A stretch of DNA of 64,000 bases from Shigella phage Moonfish, in sequence record PQ613263. One strand, given 5' to 3'. Positions 37,870 to 48,069 of the stretch are shown here, piece after piece. Below the pieces are notes generated by a model. It saw only the letters and a program-made list of their open reading frames with translations, did not search any database and had not been told where the DNA came from. A program made the translations under genes and the position numbers. Numbering within the stretch: position 1 is the stretch's first letter; every line of letters begins with the position of its first letter.

Positions 37870-38400
37870 TTAGAAAATCAGATGGGAAGCTGCATAGTAC
37901 TCAATGGAAGGTAGAATCTTCTCATACTGCTTGATTGCTAAATCATCACCAGCAAGAGTCCAAGCTGCTTCACGAGTACGCTGTAGTCCTTTGTACTGAC
38001 CAGTCTGGTCTTGAGCTACCAGACATTCAGGTAGAGCATCACGTACATCCTGATAGGACATACAACCACGAACCAGACGATATACAGTCTGGTTCACAAG
38101 GTGTACTTCCATAATCAGACTACTGGAGGCTTTCAGATACTTGTCCATTGCTGGCCATAGTTCTGGATTAAGTGTTAATCGTTCGCCGTAGGTTGGGGGT
38201 CTAGAAGCATTAGAACGTTGATAGAACTCCCCCTGATAAAGGAATCCAGCCGATATATCTACACCGTTGATACGGTCATTCTTATCAATGATACTGTTTA
38301 GCACACCATCAAGACGAACCAGTTCTGCTAAGAACAGGTGTTTGACTATCTCACTACTATTGGCAACCTGACCAATAGTCGTTGAACCAATCTGAGGCAT
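37870..38400 (-). CDS. Hypothetical protein
   Basis: 176-aa ORF between helicase and polymerase. Confidence 0.35.
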   Translation of the reverse strand: MPQIGSTTIGQVANSSEIVKHLFLAELVRLDGVLNSIIDKNDRINGVDISAGFLYQGEFYQRSNASRPPTYGERLTLNPELWPAMDKYLKASSSLIMEVHLVNQTVYRLVRGCMSYQDVRDALPECLVAQDQTGQYKGLQRTREAAWTLAGDDLAIKQYEKILPSIEYYAASHLIF

Positions 38401-38410
38401 ACACCCTCCC

Positions 38411-39721
38411 TTAAAAAGTTAGACCACCGTACTTGCTAGCAAGATTGCCATAGAACACTACACGCTTACGTGCACGGGACACAGCGACGTAAAGCAGACG
38501 GGCAACCATATCTGGTTGGCGACAGCTTGAGAGGTCATCTGCATCAATGAAGATTGTGTCGTAAGTGGAGCCTTGTGATTTATGGACGGTACATGCATGA
38601 GTAGCACGTAGGTCTGGAATGTTTTCTTTAAGACGGAAGTAAGGTTCCCAGTTCTTTTCTTTACCCAACCATTTAACCAAACGGTTAAAATAGTCTGGGT
38701 CAGTAGGAACAGGAACTTCACTTACGATACCACCATAACCAAGGTCAAGAGTACTATCACGGACTTCCAGTTCCAGGTCACCTGTAACTTTAATCATGCG
38801 AGTACTGCTATCCTGGTCGATGAGTTTAACGTCTTGCTCAATAGACAGACGGTCTTCCGCACCTAAGCGAACAGCAGAGTTAGAAACTAACTGTTCCCCG
38901 ATGGAGTACTCACCCACGTAGCCTTTAGCTTCACGAATGTAGTTATTGTAATTAATAACTTGGTCATTGGTGTAAGCAACAATACGGCTATTAGTAGGTT
39001 GAGTGAAGTGACTGAGAACCAGTTTCTCCATCTCTTCCCCCTGTACCCAGTCAATGATGCCTGGAATACATTTAATAGGAAGGAAGCCTGTCTTACCTTC
39101 CACCGTATCACGCAATTGCTGGTGCAATGCTTTGAGTTCTGGTGTATCGGTACGCATCTGTTCAGTCAGATAGTGTGTTGGTATATTACCTGCATACACC
39201 GGAGACTTATTCTCTTTAACAGGTAGAAGCTGAGAAGCATCACCTACGAATACCAGTTTGCACTGGTGAGTACCTTCACGAGCATACTTAAGTAACTGAC
39301 GGTCAATCATGGATGCTTCATCTACGAAGATGATTTTATTCTTCTTAATATTGAATGATTTGGATGGTACGACATTAGCCTCACCAGTCTTAAAATCATT
39401 CTTAACAATCAGACCCTGAAAGGAGTGATAGGTAGAGGTTGGACGTCCAGTAGCTTGAGCTAGAACTTCAGCAGCTTTGTTCGTGGTCGCTGTCATGACA
39501 ACTTCGTTATACAGAGGCTTGGTCCCCATCAGAGAACAGGTTTCCATATATGCAGGCATAGTGTCATCAATTAGGTGCGACATCAGGAATGTCTTACCAG
39601 TTCCTCCAGGTCCACTGATCCCGAACTCTGTGGCATTAGGGTCGAGCAGGAAGTCGAAGAACTCCTTCGCAACCGCTTCTTGCCCCTGGTTCAATGGGGC
39701 TTTGGTAGGTTTGGAAAACAT
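38411..39721 (-). CDS. SF1 DNA helicase (RecD/Pif1-like; N4 gp37-like)
   Basis: Walker A GPGGTGKT, motif II-like VFVGDASQLLPV, C-terminal TVHKSQGSTYDTIFID. Confidence 0.65.
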   Translation of the reverse strand: MFSKPTKAPLNQGQEAVAKEFFDFLLDPNATEFGISGPGGTGKTFLMSHLIDDTMPAYMETCSLMGTKPLYNEVVMTATTNKAAEVLAQATGRPTSTYHSFQGLIVKNDFKTGEANVVPSKSFNIKKNKIIFVDEASMIDRQLLKYAREGTHQCKLVFVGDASQLLPVKENKSPVYAGNIPTHYLTEQMRTDTPELKALHQQLRDTVEGKTGFLPIKCIPGIIDWVQGEEMEKLVLSHFTQPTNSRIVAYTNDQVINYNNYIREAKGYVGEYSIGEQLVSNSAVRLGAEDRLSIEQDVKLIDQDSSTRMIKVTGDLELEVRDSTLDLGYGGIVSEVPVPTDPDYFNRLVKWLGKEKNWEPYFRLKENIPDLRATHACTVHKSQGSTYDTIFIDADDLSSCRQPDMVARLLYVAVSRARKRVVFYGNLASKYGGLTF

Positions 39722-39754
39722 TTAAATCTCCAGTAAAAAACCCTCCGTAGAGGG

Positions 39755-40216
39755 TTAGACGTATGGTTTGAGGTTAGGCTTGGTGTAATGTGGGCCTTTC
39801 ATTACTTTCATATTTTCATTGAAGATGGGATTACCGTCTTCGCCGAACTTAGAATAGTTTGAGCGATTGACTTCAGCTAATGCTCCAGGGACATTCATCC
39901 CAAGGAAAGTACCGACGCCAGTTGCTGTAACAATCTGGTCAGCCAGAGCGTCCAGCAGTTCCACTCGGTCTTTAACCATAATACCCCCATCCTTTTTGAT
40001 GAGGTTACCTACGTGGTCAATGGCTTCACTTAAGAAGCCCATCTTAGTAGCTAACTCTGGGTCAGCGTTAGTGAGAGCATTAAGCATCTCTGCTACTTCT
40101 TCCAGGTGACAGCCCACCTGGGTACTAATGTTCTTACTCGTCGGATTCTCCACTGCCTTCTTGAACCAGGCTTCGGTTCTTGCCAGCGTACAAACGGATG
40201 AACTTGTCATGCTCAC
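39755..40216 (-). CDS. MazG-like nucleotide pyrophosphohydrolase (tentative)
   Basis: Helical 153-aa protein with HLEEVAEMLNAL and ELLDALADQIV-type motifs; overlaps the upstream ORF, so the true start may be internal. Confidence 0.3.
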   Translation of the reverse strand: MSMTSSSVCTLARTEAWFKKAVENPTSKNISTQVGCHLEEVAEMLNALTNADPELATKMGFLSEAIDHVGNLIKKDGGIMVKDRVELLDALADQIVTATGVGTFLGMNVPGALAEVNRSNYSKFGEDGNPIFNENMKVMKGPHYTKPNLKPYV

Positions 40217-40559
40217 TCTCTTGGTTAAGGTGGCGATTATTATATGCCTCCAGAATCAAGTCTCTTATGTATGAGCGAATCTCATACTTAGGACCAACTT
40301 GTTCTGAAAGCCAATCAGCCACATGGGTTGGTAATGGACGGAGTACATTCTCCATGAACGTCCGACGTGTGTCGGCTGGTTCAATGTTTAAAGAACGCAA
40401 TCGCAAAGTAACCGTAGTGGGGTGAACCCCCAACGTCTTAGCGATAGTTGCGAGGGACAGTCCAACAGCATTCATACGAATGATGTCTTCATCAGTTGCT
40501 TTGCGATTAACTCTGTAAACTTTACTCATAGTACATTTCCTCTTCAAATTTACCCTCAC
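40134..40559 (-). CDS. HTH DNA-binding protein
   Basis: Helix-turn-helix-like LSLATIAKTLGVHPTTVTLRL. Confidence 0.35.
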   Translation of the reverse strand: MRVNLKRKCTMSKVYRVNRKATDEDIIRMNAVGLSLATIAKTLGVHPTTVTLRLRSLNIEPADTRRTFMENVLRPLPTHVADWLSEQVGPKYEIRSYIRDLILEAYNNRHLNQESEHDKFIRLYAGKNRSLVQEGSGESDE

Positions 40560-40591
40560 TTTATTATAAGTGAGGGCATTTGAACAGGCTA

Positions 40592-42625
40592 TTACTTAAC
40601 GGCTTTGACCAGTTTGGTAGCTAACTTAGCTTCTTCTTCAGTCAGTCCCATTGCAGTGAATGACTTCTTAGCATGGCGCTTATAGTCTTGCAGAGCATGG
40701 CCTTTCTGATAGTCAGGATATGACTCATCATTCAGGATACTACGCAGGTTATCAGCGTGTTTGCTATTGGCAGGTGCTTTAGCCACTGGAGCTTTAGCAA
40801 CCTTAATCGGTTTGCCAACAGGCTTACAGGAGCAGGTTGCACGTACATCAGCAATCTTAGCAACAACATCATTGCCAACATCGAATGCAGCCCAAGGCTT
40901 ACGAGCTTTTCCACGTAACTCTACCAGCAGGTCAGCAGCAGCTAACTTATCTTCCGGGGTAGTTGCATTAAGGAACTCTTTAACCAGTTCCTGGATTTGT
41001 TCTTTCACAGTCGGAGCCTTCTTAATAACAGGTTTAAGGTCAGTAGCCTTCACTGGTTCAGAAGCTACAGCTTCATTCAGTGACTCTTCCATATTCAGTG
41101 CTTCTTTATTAGCAACAGTACGGAATTGTTCTACGGAACCAGATGATAGATTGGTGTATTTGAGGTTAGTACCATAATGACCACCAACCATAACAAGTGT
41201 GGTAGGTGAGCTGTGGTTCCCAACGATAGCATCGTTAAGCAATTTCTTGCCTACTTCTGTTTTAGACAGGTAGATACCTTTATTAACGTTACTACGTTCC
41301 TCTTCTGGCAGTTCAGCAATAATGTGATACGCAGCTACACGCATCTTATTGGTGTTGTATTCAGGAACAGCAAATACATCTTCCGGTGCTACTTTACCGA
41401 GGATAGTTACATCACCGCCGAAGGTGCGGATATAGCTCATGGATGCTACATGCAGACCATTGGAGCAGTCCTGACGGCGGTCAGGGTCTACCAGGTCTTC
41501 ACGTATCTGTACTTTACATCCTACCCATTGACGGATGTTGCCTGAGTGACAGTCAACGAATACACGTTTACCGTCTTCTGTACCTTTATACTTAAGGCGT
41601 TTCAGGAACAGGATTGAACCATCATCAGCAATAGGTAGTTCAGCAGTTTCCATGAACTTCATCAGGTCTTCCACTGAATGCAGACGGTCTTTAATAACTG
41701 GAGCCAGACGTTCAAGGAACTTAGTAAATCCCTTGTAGTCTTTCAACTTGGCAGACTGACGCAGGTGACGTTGTAGGTTCTCAACTCCAGGGATAACCCC
41801 ATCGTTGGTAACAGCAACAACCACTTCATCTTCCTTCACATCAGTGTGGAAGTTGGCGTCATCGGTACAAATAGCCCCCAATGCAGTTAGCTTCTCAGAA
41901 GCAGCAGCCAGTTTATCCTGGTTCGTAACTTTATCCTCTTCTACGTAAGGTAGAGGGGTTTCCTCACGATTGGTAAATACAATTTGTACGCCTTTGATGT
42001 TCCGGGCTTGTTTAGCAAACTCACCCATTTCATCATCAGATACCCCACGAATTGCAATAGGCCATTCCTGTGCAAGAATGTTGTTGGTGTGGTAATAACC
42101 CCAACCCAACACATCGTTAATAAAACGAACCAGTGCAGTATGGTTATGGTCTTTATCCCAGCCGGTAACCCACATCAGATTGTCGCGTTTGTCACGCCAA
42201 CCCTCTGATACAGTTACTACTGGTTCATTAGCCTGTACAGCCAGGAAGGTATCCATAGCTTTTGACACCAACGTCTTGGTAGGACTGCCCAGCTTAATAT
42301 CTGAAATGATACGAGTAGGTGGAACACCTGTACCATCTTCGAAGAACTCTTTGAGTTTAGCTTTTGCTACCTTGAAGAAACGGACGAATCCGTTAGTATT
42401 CTTCTCTGCTTCCAGATACTCGATACGTAGGCTTACTTCTGGTGCAATGTTTACTTCTATTTGGTCCAGGATAGTACCCAGACCTTTGGTTTGTGCTTCG
42501 GATACAATGCGAGCAACCCGAGGGTCGCTCTGGGGATATACAACCGTGGAGCCATCAGGCTTCCACAATGTGAGGTTACGACTGTCAACTGCCAGTGCGA
42601 TGATAGAAATCAGCTCGATTTTCAT
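40592..42625 (-). CDS. rIIB-like protein (by position after the rIIA-like gene)
   Basis: 677-aa ORF immediately downstream of the rIIA-like gene; assignment is positional only. Confidence 0.3.
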   Translation of the reverse strand: MKIELISIIALAVDSRNLTLWKPDGSTVVYPQSDPRVARIVSEAQTKGLGTILDQIEVNIAPEVSLRIEYLEAEKNTNGFVRFFKVAKAKLKEFFEDGTGVPPTRIISDIKLGSPTKTLVSKAMDTFLAVQANEPVVTVSEGWRDKRDNLMWVTGWDKDHNHTALVRFINDVLGWGYYHTNNILAQEWPIAIRGVSDDEMGEFAKQARNIKGVQIVFTNREETPLPYVEEDKVTNQDKLAAASEKLTALGAICTDDANFHTDVKEDEVVVAVTNDGVIPGVENLQRHLRQSAKLKDYKGFTKFLERLAPVIKDRLHSVEDLMKFMETAELPIADDGSILFLKRLKYKGTEDGKRVFVDCHSGNIRQWVGCKVQIREDLVDPDRRQDCSNGLHVASMSYIRTFGGDVTILGKVAPEDVFAVPEYNTNKMRVAAYHIIAELPEEERSNVNKGIYLSKTEVGKKLLNDAIVGNHSSPTTLVMVGGHYGTNLKYTNLSSGSVEQFRTVANKEALNMEESLNEAVASEPVKATDLKPVIKKAPTVKEQIQELVKEFLNATTPEDKLAAADLLVELRGKARKPWAAFDVGNDVVAKIADVRATCSCKPVGKPIKVAKAPVAKAPANSKHADNLRSILNDESYPDYQKGHALQDYKRHAKKSFTAMGLTEEEAKLATKLVKAVK

Positions 42626-42629
42626 CAGA

Positions 42630-45293
42630 TTAATTACCTTTCAGTTTATTTAGACGATTACGGTAGAGGGACTTAAACCCAGGAATATCATCTGGATGTT
42701 TCTTGAGATACCTGACTAAGCTAGTCAAGTCCAGGTTTTGCAGGATGTCATCCTTATTCCAGCTATAACAAAATAAAGCTTTGTACTTGCTGAGTATTTC
42801 GTAATGTTTATGATTACGTGGGTTAGTCATTGTCATGTATGGCACTAAGTCTTCCTCTGACTTAATGTAACCCATTTCAATGAGCTTCCTCTCTTTACTC
42901 CGATGATTTCTTAGGAAATCATACGCCCATTCATACTCTGGATTAAAAATCAGATTTTGTAGTGGTTTGAATGTTAGACCAAGAATACCGAGGATTTCCC
43001 AATACTCTCTGTCATCCAATCCTATGTACTCAGTAATACCAATACGCTGTTCAGTGACATACTTCTTGAATCCCTTACTGGAAATAACAGACATCAATTC
43101 ACTGAGTCGAATATCGTCAATGTGAATAGCACCACGTCGTTTAGCCTTGTTAACTTCGATTTGATTGCGACAGACAACAGTTTCTGCTTTCATCTCATCG
43201 GACAACTCATACCATTTCCACATGGTTCCAATCCGGGCATTATCTGGTCTACCAGAACTAACCTGATTGGCTAGTACGTAGTACTTAGGCTGTTCCACTT
43301 CAACGAAACCAGATTTCTCATGGTAGATTGGGTCAGCAAACTCCTTCTGGATATACGGTTTATATATCCGATCTCCATTTTCATCTCGTACAAGAGTAGT
43401 ACCTAGTACTGCATTCAATGAAATTAGAGCATTGGTTTTACCCCCTGCTTTGGTTTTATTGTCAGCTAGTGTCTTAGCTCGATTCTCGGCAGCTATCCTA
43501 GCTTGCTCCTTACGGAAGTTAGTTGGTTTGTCCCACTCATTGTATTGAGTAAGGTCAATTACCCGATAACCCATAGCAGTGAATTTAGCTACAGCCTCCT
43601 CTGCTGCACCCTTCTTAGAACTAACGTTGTCCCACTCATTGTATTGAGTAAGGTCAATTACCCGATAACCCATAGCAGTGAATTTAGCTACAGCCTCCTC
43701 TGCTGCACCCTTCTTAGAACTAACGACGTGAACAAAAGCTGTACGCTCCAGGTCACCTCGGTTGTACTCAGGGAAGTATGAGAAAGAGTCTGCACAATCA
43801 GATAAACGGCGAGTAACTACAACGTTCTTGGTAGTGAATATACCAATACCTAGATGGGAGTGATAATCCACCTTAAAGTAATCAGTAAGTTTACCTTTCA
43901 CCAGTTTGGTACAGCTACCCTGGTTCATTATGTAACCTGACCACTTAATACCAGTAGCTTTTAAAGCAGCAATCTGAGGTAAGTGCAGATGGCGATATAC
44001 GAATCCCTGGAATGGATAGCGTGTACCATTTGCACGAGTATGCTTAAGAGCACTTATAGCCTTACTATACAGTTTTTTAAGACCTGCATATTCAGGACGA
44101 GCTAGTAATGCTTTATTGGATAAATTACGCCAGTGTTTGATGTGGTGCTTGCGTTGCTTAGCCCATAAACTAGAGGACATATAGCGTTGAACAATAGGGT
44201 CTGTAACAGCAAGTAGGAAAGGTGGATACCTCCAGAAGCAGGAAGAAGCTTTAGAAGCATATTCTTCAATCTGCTTAATAGCTTCAGGAATCTTAGCCTT
44301 AATCTCTTTCTCCATACGGTCTACTAAATCTACACATAGAGCAGTAATACCATCGTCGGTTAACTTCTGGTTAGACAGGGTTTCTCGACTAGGAGCAATA
44401 GCTAAGGTATCCGGTGCAGCCTGAACTACTAAATTAGAAGCACCAATGATGTTCATAAAGTTGAGAATAAGACCTACAGCTTCTTCACTAGCTGGGCTGG
44501 ATACTATTGGGTACATTACATTACCGTAACGAATAAAGATGTTACTGCTACCCATATAGTTTTGATACCAGCTATCAGACATATCATATGAACCAGGTTT
44601 AAATGACATACCTAACGTAGGTAATAAAGTGTAGTCACCTTGTAGAATACTATTACCCGTTTCTTCACGAGTGAGTTTGGGGGTACTAAGCTCAGCCTTA
44701 ATTTCACCGTTAAACACAATAGATTTGATGTAGTGAATAAAGGTACTTACGTCGTGTTTACCTAGCTGGAATTTAACTTCCAGACCGGATTCCTCAGTAG
44801 GAATACCAGTAACGATAGGAACAATACCTGGTTTACCATCATTCTCTATTGCAGCTTTAGCTACGTTATATACCGACATCTTTCCTTGGTTCCACGAAGT
44901 AACCTGGAAGCTATCTGTATAAGCGAATGGGGACTTACATCCCAGACCAAATCCACCAGTAACACTACTGTTGGACTTCTTGGTAGATGCACCATAGACA
45001 CCATAAATGGAACCAATGAGTTCATCTGGGATACCGTTACCAAAGTCACGGAAGGTAATAAAGTTGTCTGTATCAATAGTAATACGGATAGGAGTATCAG
45101 TCTTACCTGCTTCAATATGAGCATCCCAACTGTTACAGATAGTCTCACGGACTACTGCCAGAGTAGGATTGTTATATAGGGAAGTACTTAATACGTGAAA
45201 GAATGCCGGGTCATCAGAGATGCCAAAGGCGATTGCTTCTTTACCACCCAGTGTCGCTGAAGTGGCTGATTGATTAGTATCTGCAACTAACAT
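42630..45293 (-). CDS. rIIA-like protein with N-terminal GHKL ATPase domain
   Basis: GHKL motifs ETICNSWDA, RDFGNGI, GGFGLGCKS; 887 aa; contains an in-frame 33-aa tandem duplication. Confidence 0.55.
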   Translation of the reverse strand: MLVADTNQSATSATLGGKEAIAFGISDDPAFFHVLSTSLYNNPTLAVVRETICNSWDAHIEAGKTDTPIRITIDTDNFITFRDFGNGIPDELIGSIYGVYGASTKKSNSSVTGGFGLGCKSPFAYTDSFQVTSWNQGKMSVYNVAKAAIENDGKPGIVPIVTGIPTEESGLEVKFQLGKHDVSTFIHYIKSIVFNGEIKAELSTPKLTREETGNSILQGDYTLLPTLGMSFKPGSYDMSDSWYQNYMGSSNIFIRYGNVMYPIVSSPASEEAVGLILNFMNIIGASNLVVQAAPDTLAIAPSRETLSNQKLTDDGITALCVDLVDRMEKEIKAKIPEAIKQIEEYASKASSCFWRYPPFLLAVTDPIVQRYMSSSLWAKQRKHHIKHWRNLSNKALLARPEYAGLKKLYSKAISALKHTRANGTRYPFQGFVYRHLHLPQIAALKATGIKWSGYIMNQGSCTKLVKGKLTDYFKVDYHSHLGIGIFTTKNVVVTRRLSDCADSFSYFPEYNRGDLERTAFVHVVSSKKGAAEEAVAKFTAMGYRVIDLTQYNEWDNVSSKKGAAEEAVAKFTAMGYRVIDLTQYNEWDKPTNFRKEQARIAAENRAKTLADNKTKAGGKTNALISLNAVLGTTLVRDENGDRIYKPYIQKEFADPIYHEKSGFVEVEQPKYYVLANQVSSGRPDNARIGTMWKWYELSDEMKAETVVCRNQIEVNKAKRRGAIHIDDIRLSELMSVISSKGFKKYVTEQRIGITEYIGLDDREYWEILGILGLTFKPLQNLIFNPEYEWAYDFLRNHRSKERKLIEMGYIKSEEDLVPYMTMTNPRNHKHYEILSKYKALFCYSWNKDDILQNLDLTSLVRYLKKHPDDIPGFKSLYRNRLNKLKGN
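43528..43725. repeat. Perfect 99-bp direct tandem duplication (2 copies) inside the rIIA-like CDS
   Basis: Two identical adjacent 99-nt units beginning ttgtcccactcattgtattgagtaaggtc; encodes VSSKKGAAEEAVAKFTAMGYRVIDLTQYNEWDN twice. Confidence 0.9.
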
Positions 45294-45320
45294 TTATTTA
45301 CTCTCCAGTTTAAATGTTGC

Positions 45321-45512
45321 TTAAAGTAGTACTTGTTTACACTTATCAAAAATAGCTTTACGTAGTTCAGCTTCTTCCAGCGGTTCATCATTGGGGTGAT
45401 GACCCAATGGACTGTTTTGAAAAGCATTCATTAGGAATAAGACTTGATATTCTGTTAAGCCATTGATCTGAATGCTATACGTTTTCTCTGAGGCGATATT
45501 TACATTAACCAT
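45321..45512 (-). CDS. Hypothetical protein
   Basis: 63-aa ORF. Confidence 0.3.
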   Translation of the reverse strand: MVNVNIASEKTYSIQINGLTEYQVLFLMNAFQNSPLGHHPNDEPLEEAELRKAIFDKCKQVLL

Positions 45513-45837
45513 TACGTTTACTTGCCATTGCTTGTAGGACGAATACAGCTATATCACTTGCAGTGTCATCAGTAAGTTCCTCCACTGAATAGTGACTTTC
45601 ACCATCAAGTTCACCATTTTGCCATTCATCCAGCATACGCTGCACTTCAGCTAATCCAGCCTGTATCATTTTCTTGCTTGGTTCCAGCCATAATTTACGT
45701 TCCTCTGCCAGTGCAGCAATGCACATACACAGTGAAGCGATGTTAGCCGGACAAGCAGCAATATCACCAGTGAGAGCTATCTCACTTAAAGGTTTAGCTT
45801 CCCCAGTTTGGGCCAGTATAACTTCAGGATTAATCAC
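45505..45837 (-). CDS. Hypothetical protein
   Basis: 110-aa ORF. Confidence 0.3.
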   Translation of the reverse strand: MINPEVILAQTGEAKPLSEIALTGDIAACPANIASLCMCIAALAEERKLWLEPSKKMIQAGLAEVQRMLDEWQNGELDGESHYSVEELTDDTASDIAVFVLQAMASKRNG

Positions 45838-46075
45838 GGATTTGCTCCAGGTTATGAGTAGGAATAGGGAAGAACGGATAGTCCCCAGTAGGGTCTAAGG
45901 TTACGGACACATGATGAATACCAGTAATCTGGGACATGCTGAGAGCAGTGTCGAAATCATCCTGTGTACAGGCATAAACAACATCACCTTTATTGACTTG
46001 TGGATCCATTACAGGTGTGTCTTTGATACGGTATTTAGCAGGCATATGCCCCCCTAAAAGGGTTAATAGAATCAA
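45830..46075 (-). CDS. Hypothetical protein
   Basis: 81-aa ORF. Confidence 0.3.
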   Translation of the reverse strand: MILLTLLGGHMPAKYRIKDTPVMDPQVNKGDVVYACTQDDFDTALSMSQITGIHHVSVTLDPTGDYPFFPIPTHNLEQIRD

Positions 46076-46098
46076 AAAAAGACCTCCCGGAGGAGGTC
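46073..46098 (-). terminator. Rho-independent terminator
   Basis: Hairpin gacctcc-cgga-ggaggtc; on the - strand it is followed by TTTTTTT. Confidence 0.6.
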
Positions 46099-46104
46099 TT
46101 AGGT

Positions 46105-46341
46105 TTACTTACTATTTCTCCCAAAGAAGCGTATTACACGTTCCTTTGCTTCATCCTGCTCCTTAATGGCTACATAATCTCGTGCATAGTAATACACACA
46201 CCATAAGCCAAGAACACATGCAGAAAAACGGGCTACTACGAAGAACATCTCTTCCAGGCTCTGTGCACCATGTAGTGCAAATACAAATTCCAGAACCAGG
46301 ATGATACTTATAATCATTGCTTGGATAGCTAAACGTTTCAT
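46105..46341 (-). CDS. Small membrane protein (2 TM)
   Basis: 78 aa with two hydrophobic segments. Confidence 0.35.
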   Translation of the reverse strand: MKRLAIQAMIISIILVLEFVFALHGAQSLEEMFFVVARFSACVLGLWCVYYYARDYVAIKEQDEAKERVIRFFGRNSK

Positions 46342-47282
46342 TCTGTAATTGTTTCTCCTGGGATTAACTTACGGAATTGGATGAAATCTAGCAGGTTGCC
46401 TGAATACAGATTACCTTCACGGTCCATAGAGGTAACACCCTGTTCCCAGGTTAATGGGTTCTGGTTGTTAATGAACTTATCACCGAATAGCATAGGAGTT
46501 GCTTGGTGTTCAGTAGGGGATGCATGAATAGGTTGGTCTTCGACTAACTTAGCAAACAATCCCAAGTCCTCTTCAATAGTAGAAGGGCGGCCTTCGAAAT
46601 TGTTGTAAGAAGCACGAGCACAACGAGCAGCACTTACTTTAAGAAGTAAGCCATACACTTCTTCACGACTTGGCTCATCACGAGTAATTCGTTGATGTTT
46701 GCAGTAATTATAAGCCCCGACACGATCAATATGAGCAATATACGGTAAATGCCATTCCCCTTGTGGGAGTGCTCTTGGAGTGCTTTCATTATGAGCCTTA
46801 CGCATTGCTTGAGCCAGTTCACGAATCTCCGGTTGGGCATCTTCATGGTCACGCAGTCCATAGAAGTTAGTCCAGCTAGTTGAAGTTACCACTACACGAA
46901 TATGTGTGAATGGTTCCAGAATACGGTTAACAATCTGCTTATGTACTTGCCCACGACGCAGCATTTCTGCATAGGTAGCAGCACTGGACGCAGCCTGGTT
47001 CCAGATAAAGATTGCATCACTACGTTGGTCTTCGGACAATTCTTCAAATGCCTGCATCCCTTTCTGGTTCTTACCCCAGTGACTTGGCATCACTGGTTCA
47101 TTACGAACCTGTTCGATGAACTTAGAAGTAGGGATAGCACGACTACTTGAAGCGTTGCGGTTAAACACACGGTGGGTCATAAACTCACTGTGAATGAATC
47201 GGGGATAGACCAATTCAAAGGTAGTAATACGAGTACCCGTTGCATGATGAACGGAATCTGCAATGACAGTTGCCTTAATCAT
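46338..47282 (-). CDS. thyX: Flavin-dependent thymidylate synthase (ThyX-like)
   Basis: ThyX signature region SEFMTHRVFNRNASSSRAIP (RHR-x7-S-like); 314 aa. Confidence 0.5.
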   Translation of the reverse strand: MIKATVIADSVHHATGTRITTFELVYPRFIHSEFMTHRVFNRNASSSRAIPTSKFIEQVRNEPVMPSHWGKNQKGMQAFEELSEDQRSDAIFIWNQAASSAATYAEMLRRGQVHKQIVNRILEPFTHIRVVVTSTSWTNFYGLRDHEDAQPEIRELAQAMRKAHNESTPRALPQGEWHLPYIAHIDRVGAYNYCKHQRITRDEPSREEVYGLLLKVSAARCARASYNNFEGRPSTIEEDLGLFAKLVEDQPIHASPTEHQATPMLFGDKFINNQNPLTWEQGVTSMDREGNLYSGNLLDFIQFRKLIPGETITE

Positions 47283-47725
47283 TAGAATGACCTTAGATAG
47301 TTGGTAATACCACTACGGTTTTCTGTAATCTTCTTGGCCTGAACATATACCAGCTTAAACTCACTACGGGGTAGTTCCTGTAATACTGCTATACCTTCAG
47401 TAAGAGCCACAGAACACGCTACAGCGGTTTCTTTTTTAAAGGAGTACAAGTCTTCATACAAGAGGGCTTCATACTCTTTACGGAGCATACAGAGAGCATC
47501 TCTTGCCTTATCACTTACTTCTTTTGAACCAGCAGACATAGCTAAACTGTATATGATAAAGACTTGTTCAAAAACAAAGTCCAGTAATCTATCAGGGTTG
47601 TTAGTACCCATGAATAATTTTGTTGTGTAGGAACGGGCTTTACGGTTGAGTACATACTCATCCTCTATACCTTTCTTATAAAGAACGGGGCTTCGTTCCC
47701 TTTTCCGTAGGAATGGAATACGCAT
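47282..47725 (-). CDS. Hypothetical protein
   Basis: 147-aa ORF. Confidence 0.3.
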   Translation of the reverse strand: MRIPFLRKRERSPVLYKKGIEDEYVLNRKARSYTTKLFMGTNNPDRLLDFVFEQVFIIYSLAMSAGSKEVSDKARDALCMLRKEYEALLYEDLYSFKKETAVACSVALTEGIAVLQELPRSEFKLVYVQAKKITENRSGITNYLRSF

Positions 47726-47745
47726 TAGTAAATCTTTCTTAGTAA

Positions 47746-47773
47746 ATAAAAAAGCCCACGGGTTAGGTGGGCT
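47746..47773 (-). terminator. Rho-independent terminator
   Basis: Hairpin agcccac-gggttag-gtgggct preceded on + by an A-run (U-run on the - strand). Confidence 0.55.
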
Positions 47774-47853
47774 TGGGTTAGGAGAAGGATAAGCAATGAT
47801 CTGGAAGTAACTTCCACAAATAGCCCTACTAGAGGGCTATACAGGTAAGTTGC

Positions 47854-48060
47854 TTATTCAGCTTCTGCTTCAGGCTTAGCTCCAGACAGTGCTTTAGCTA
47901 CATTACGACGAACAGAGTCGTAACCTACTTCAGTTCGTAGAAGAGAGCCGTCAACAAAAGCAATATCTGCTTTTCCGTCATCGCTGCATTGTACTGTTAC
48001 TACGTTTGCTGCAACTACTGTAAACTTACGACCATTTGCTTTGGTAGTGAATACTGACAT
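47854..48060 (-). CDS. Hypothetical small protein
   Basis: 68-aa ORF. Confidence 0.3.
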   Translation of the reverse strand: MSVFTTKANGRKFTVVAANVVTVQCSDDGKADIAFVDGSLLRTEVGYDSVRRNVAKALSGAKPEAEAE

Positions 48061-48069
48061 GTTGTTTCC

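Noticed and set aside
39755-40216. Full-length 153-aa MazG-like ORF
   Set aside because: The 83-nt overlap with the upstream HTH gene suggests the real start is an internal Met; the call is kept at low confidence rather than dropped.
29383-42653. + strand ORFs inside - strand replication genes (for example 29383..29868, 32801..33322, 40761..41177, 41213..41545, 42180..42653)
   Set aside because: Antisense to longer ORFs with recognisable motifs; no independent support.
43528-43725. Possible CRISPR-like or other repeat array
   Set aside because: Only two directly adjacent identical copies with no spacers, inside a CDS. No CRISPR-like arrays were seen elsewhere in the window.
43503-43781. + strand ORF (92 aa) with an internally repeated peptide
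   Set aside because: It lies antisense inside the rIIA-like gene and is created by the 99-bp tandem duplication; its start position reads ttg.
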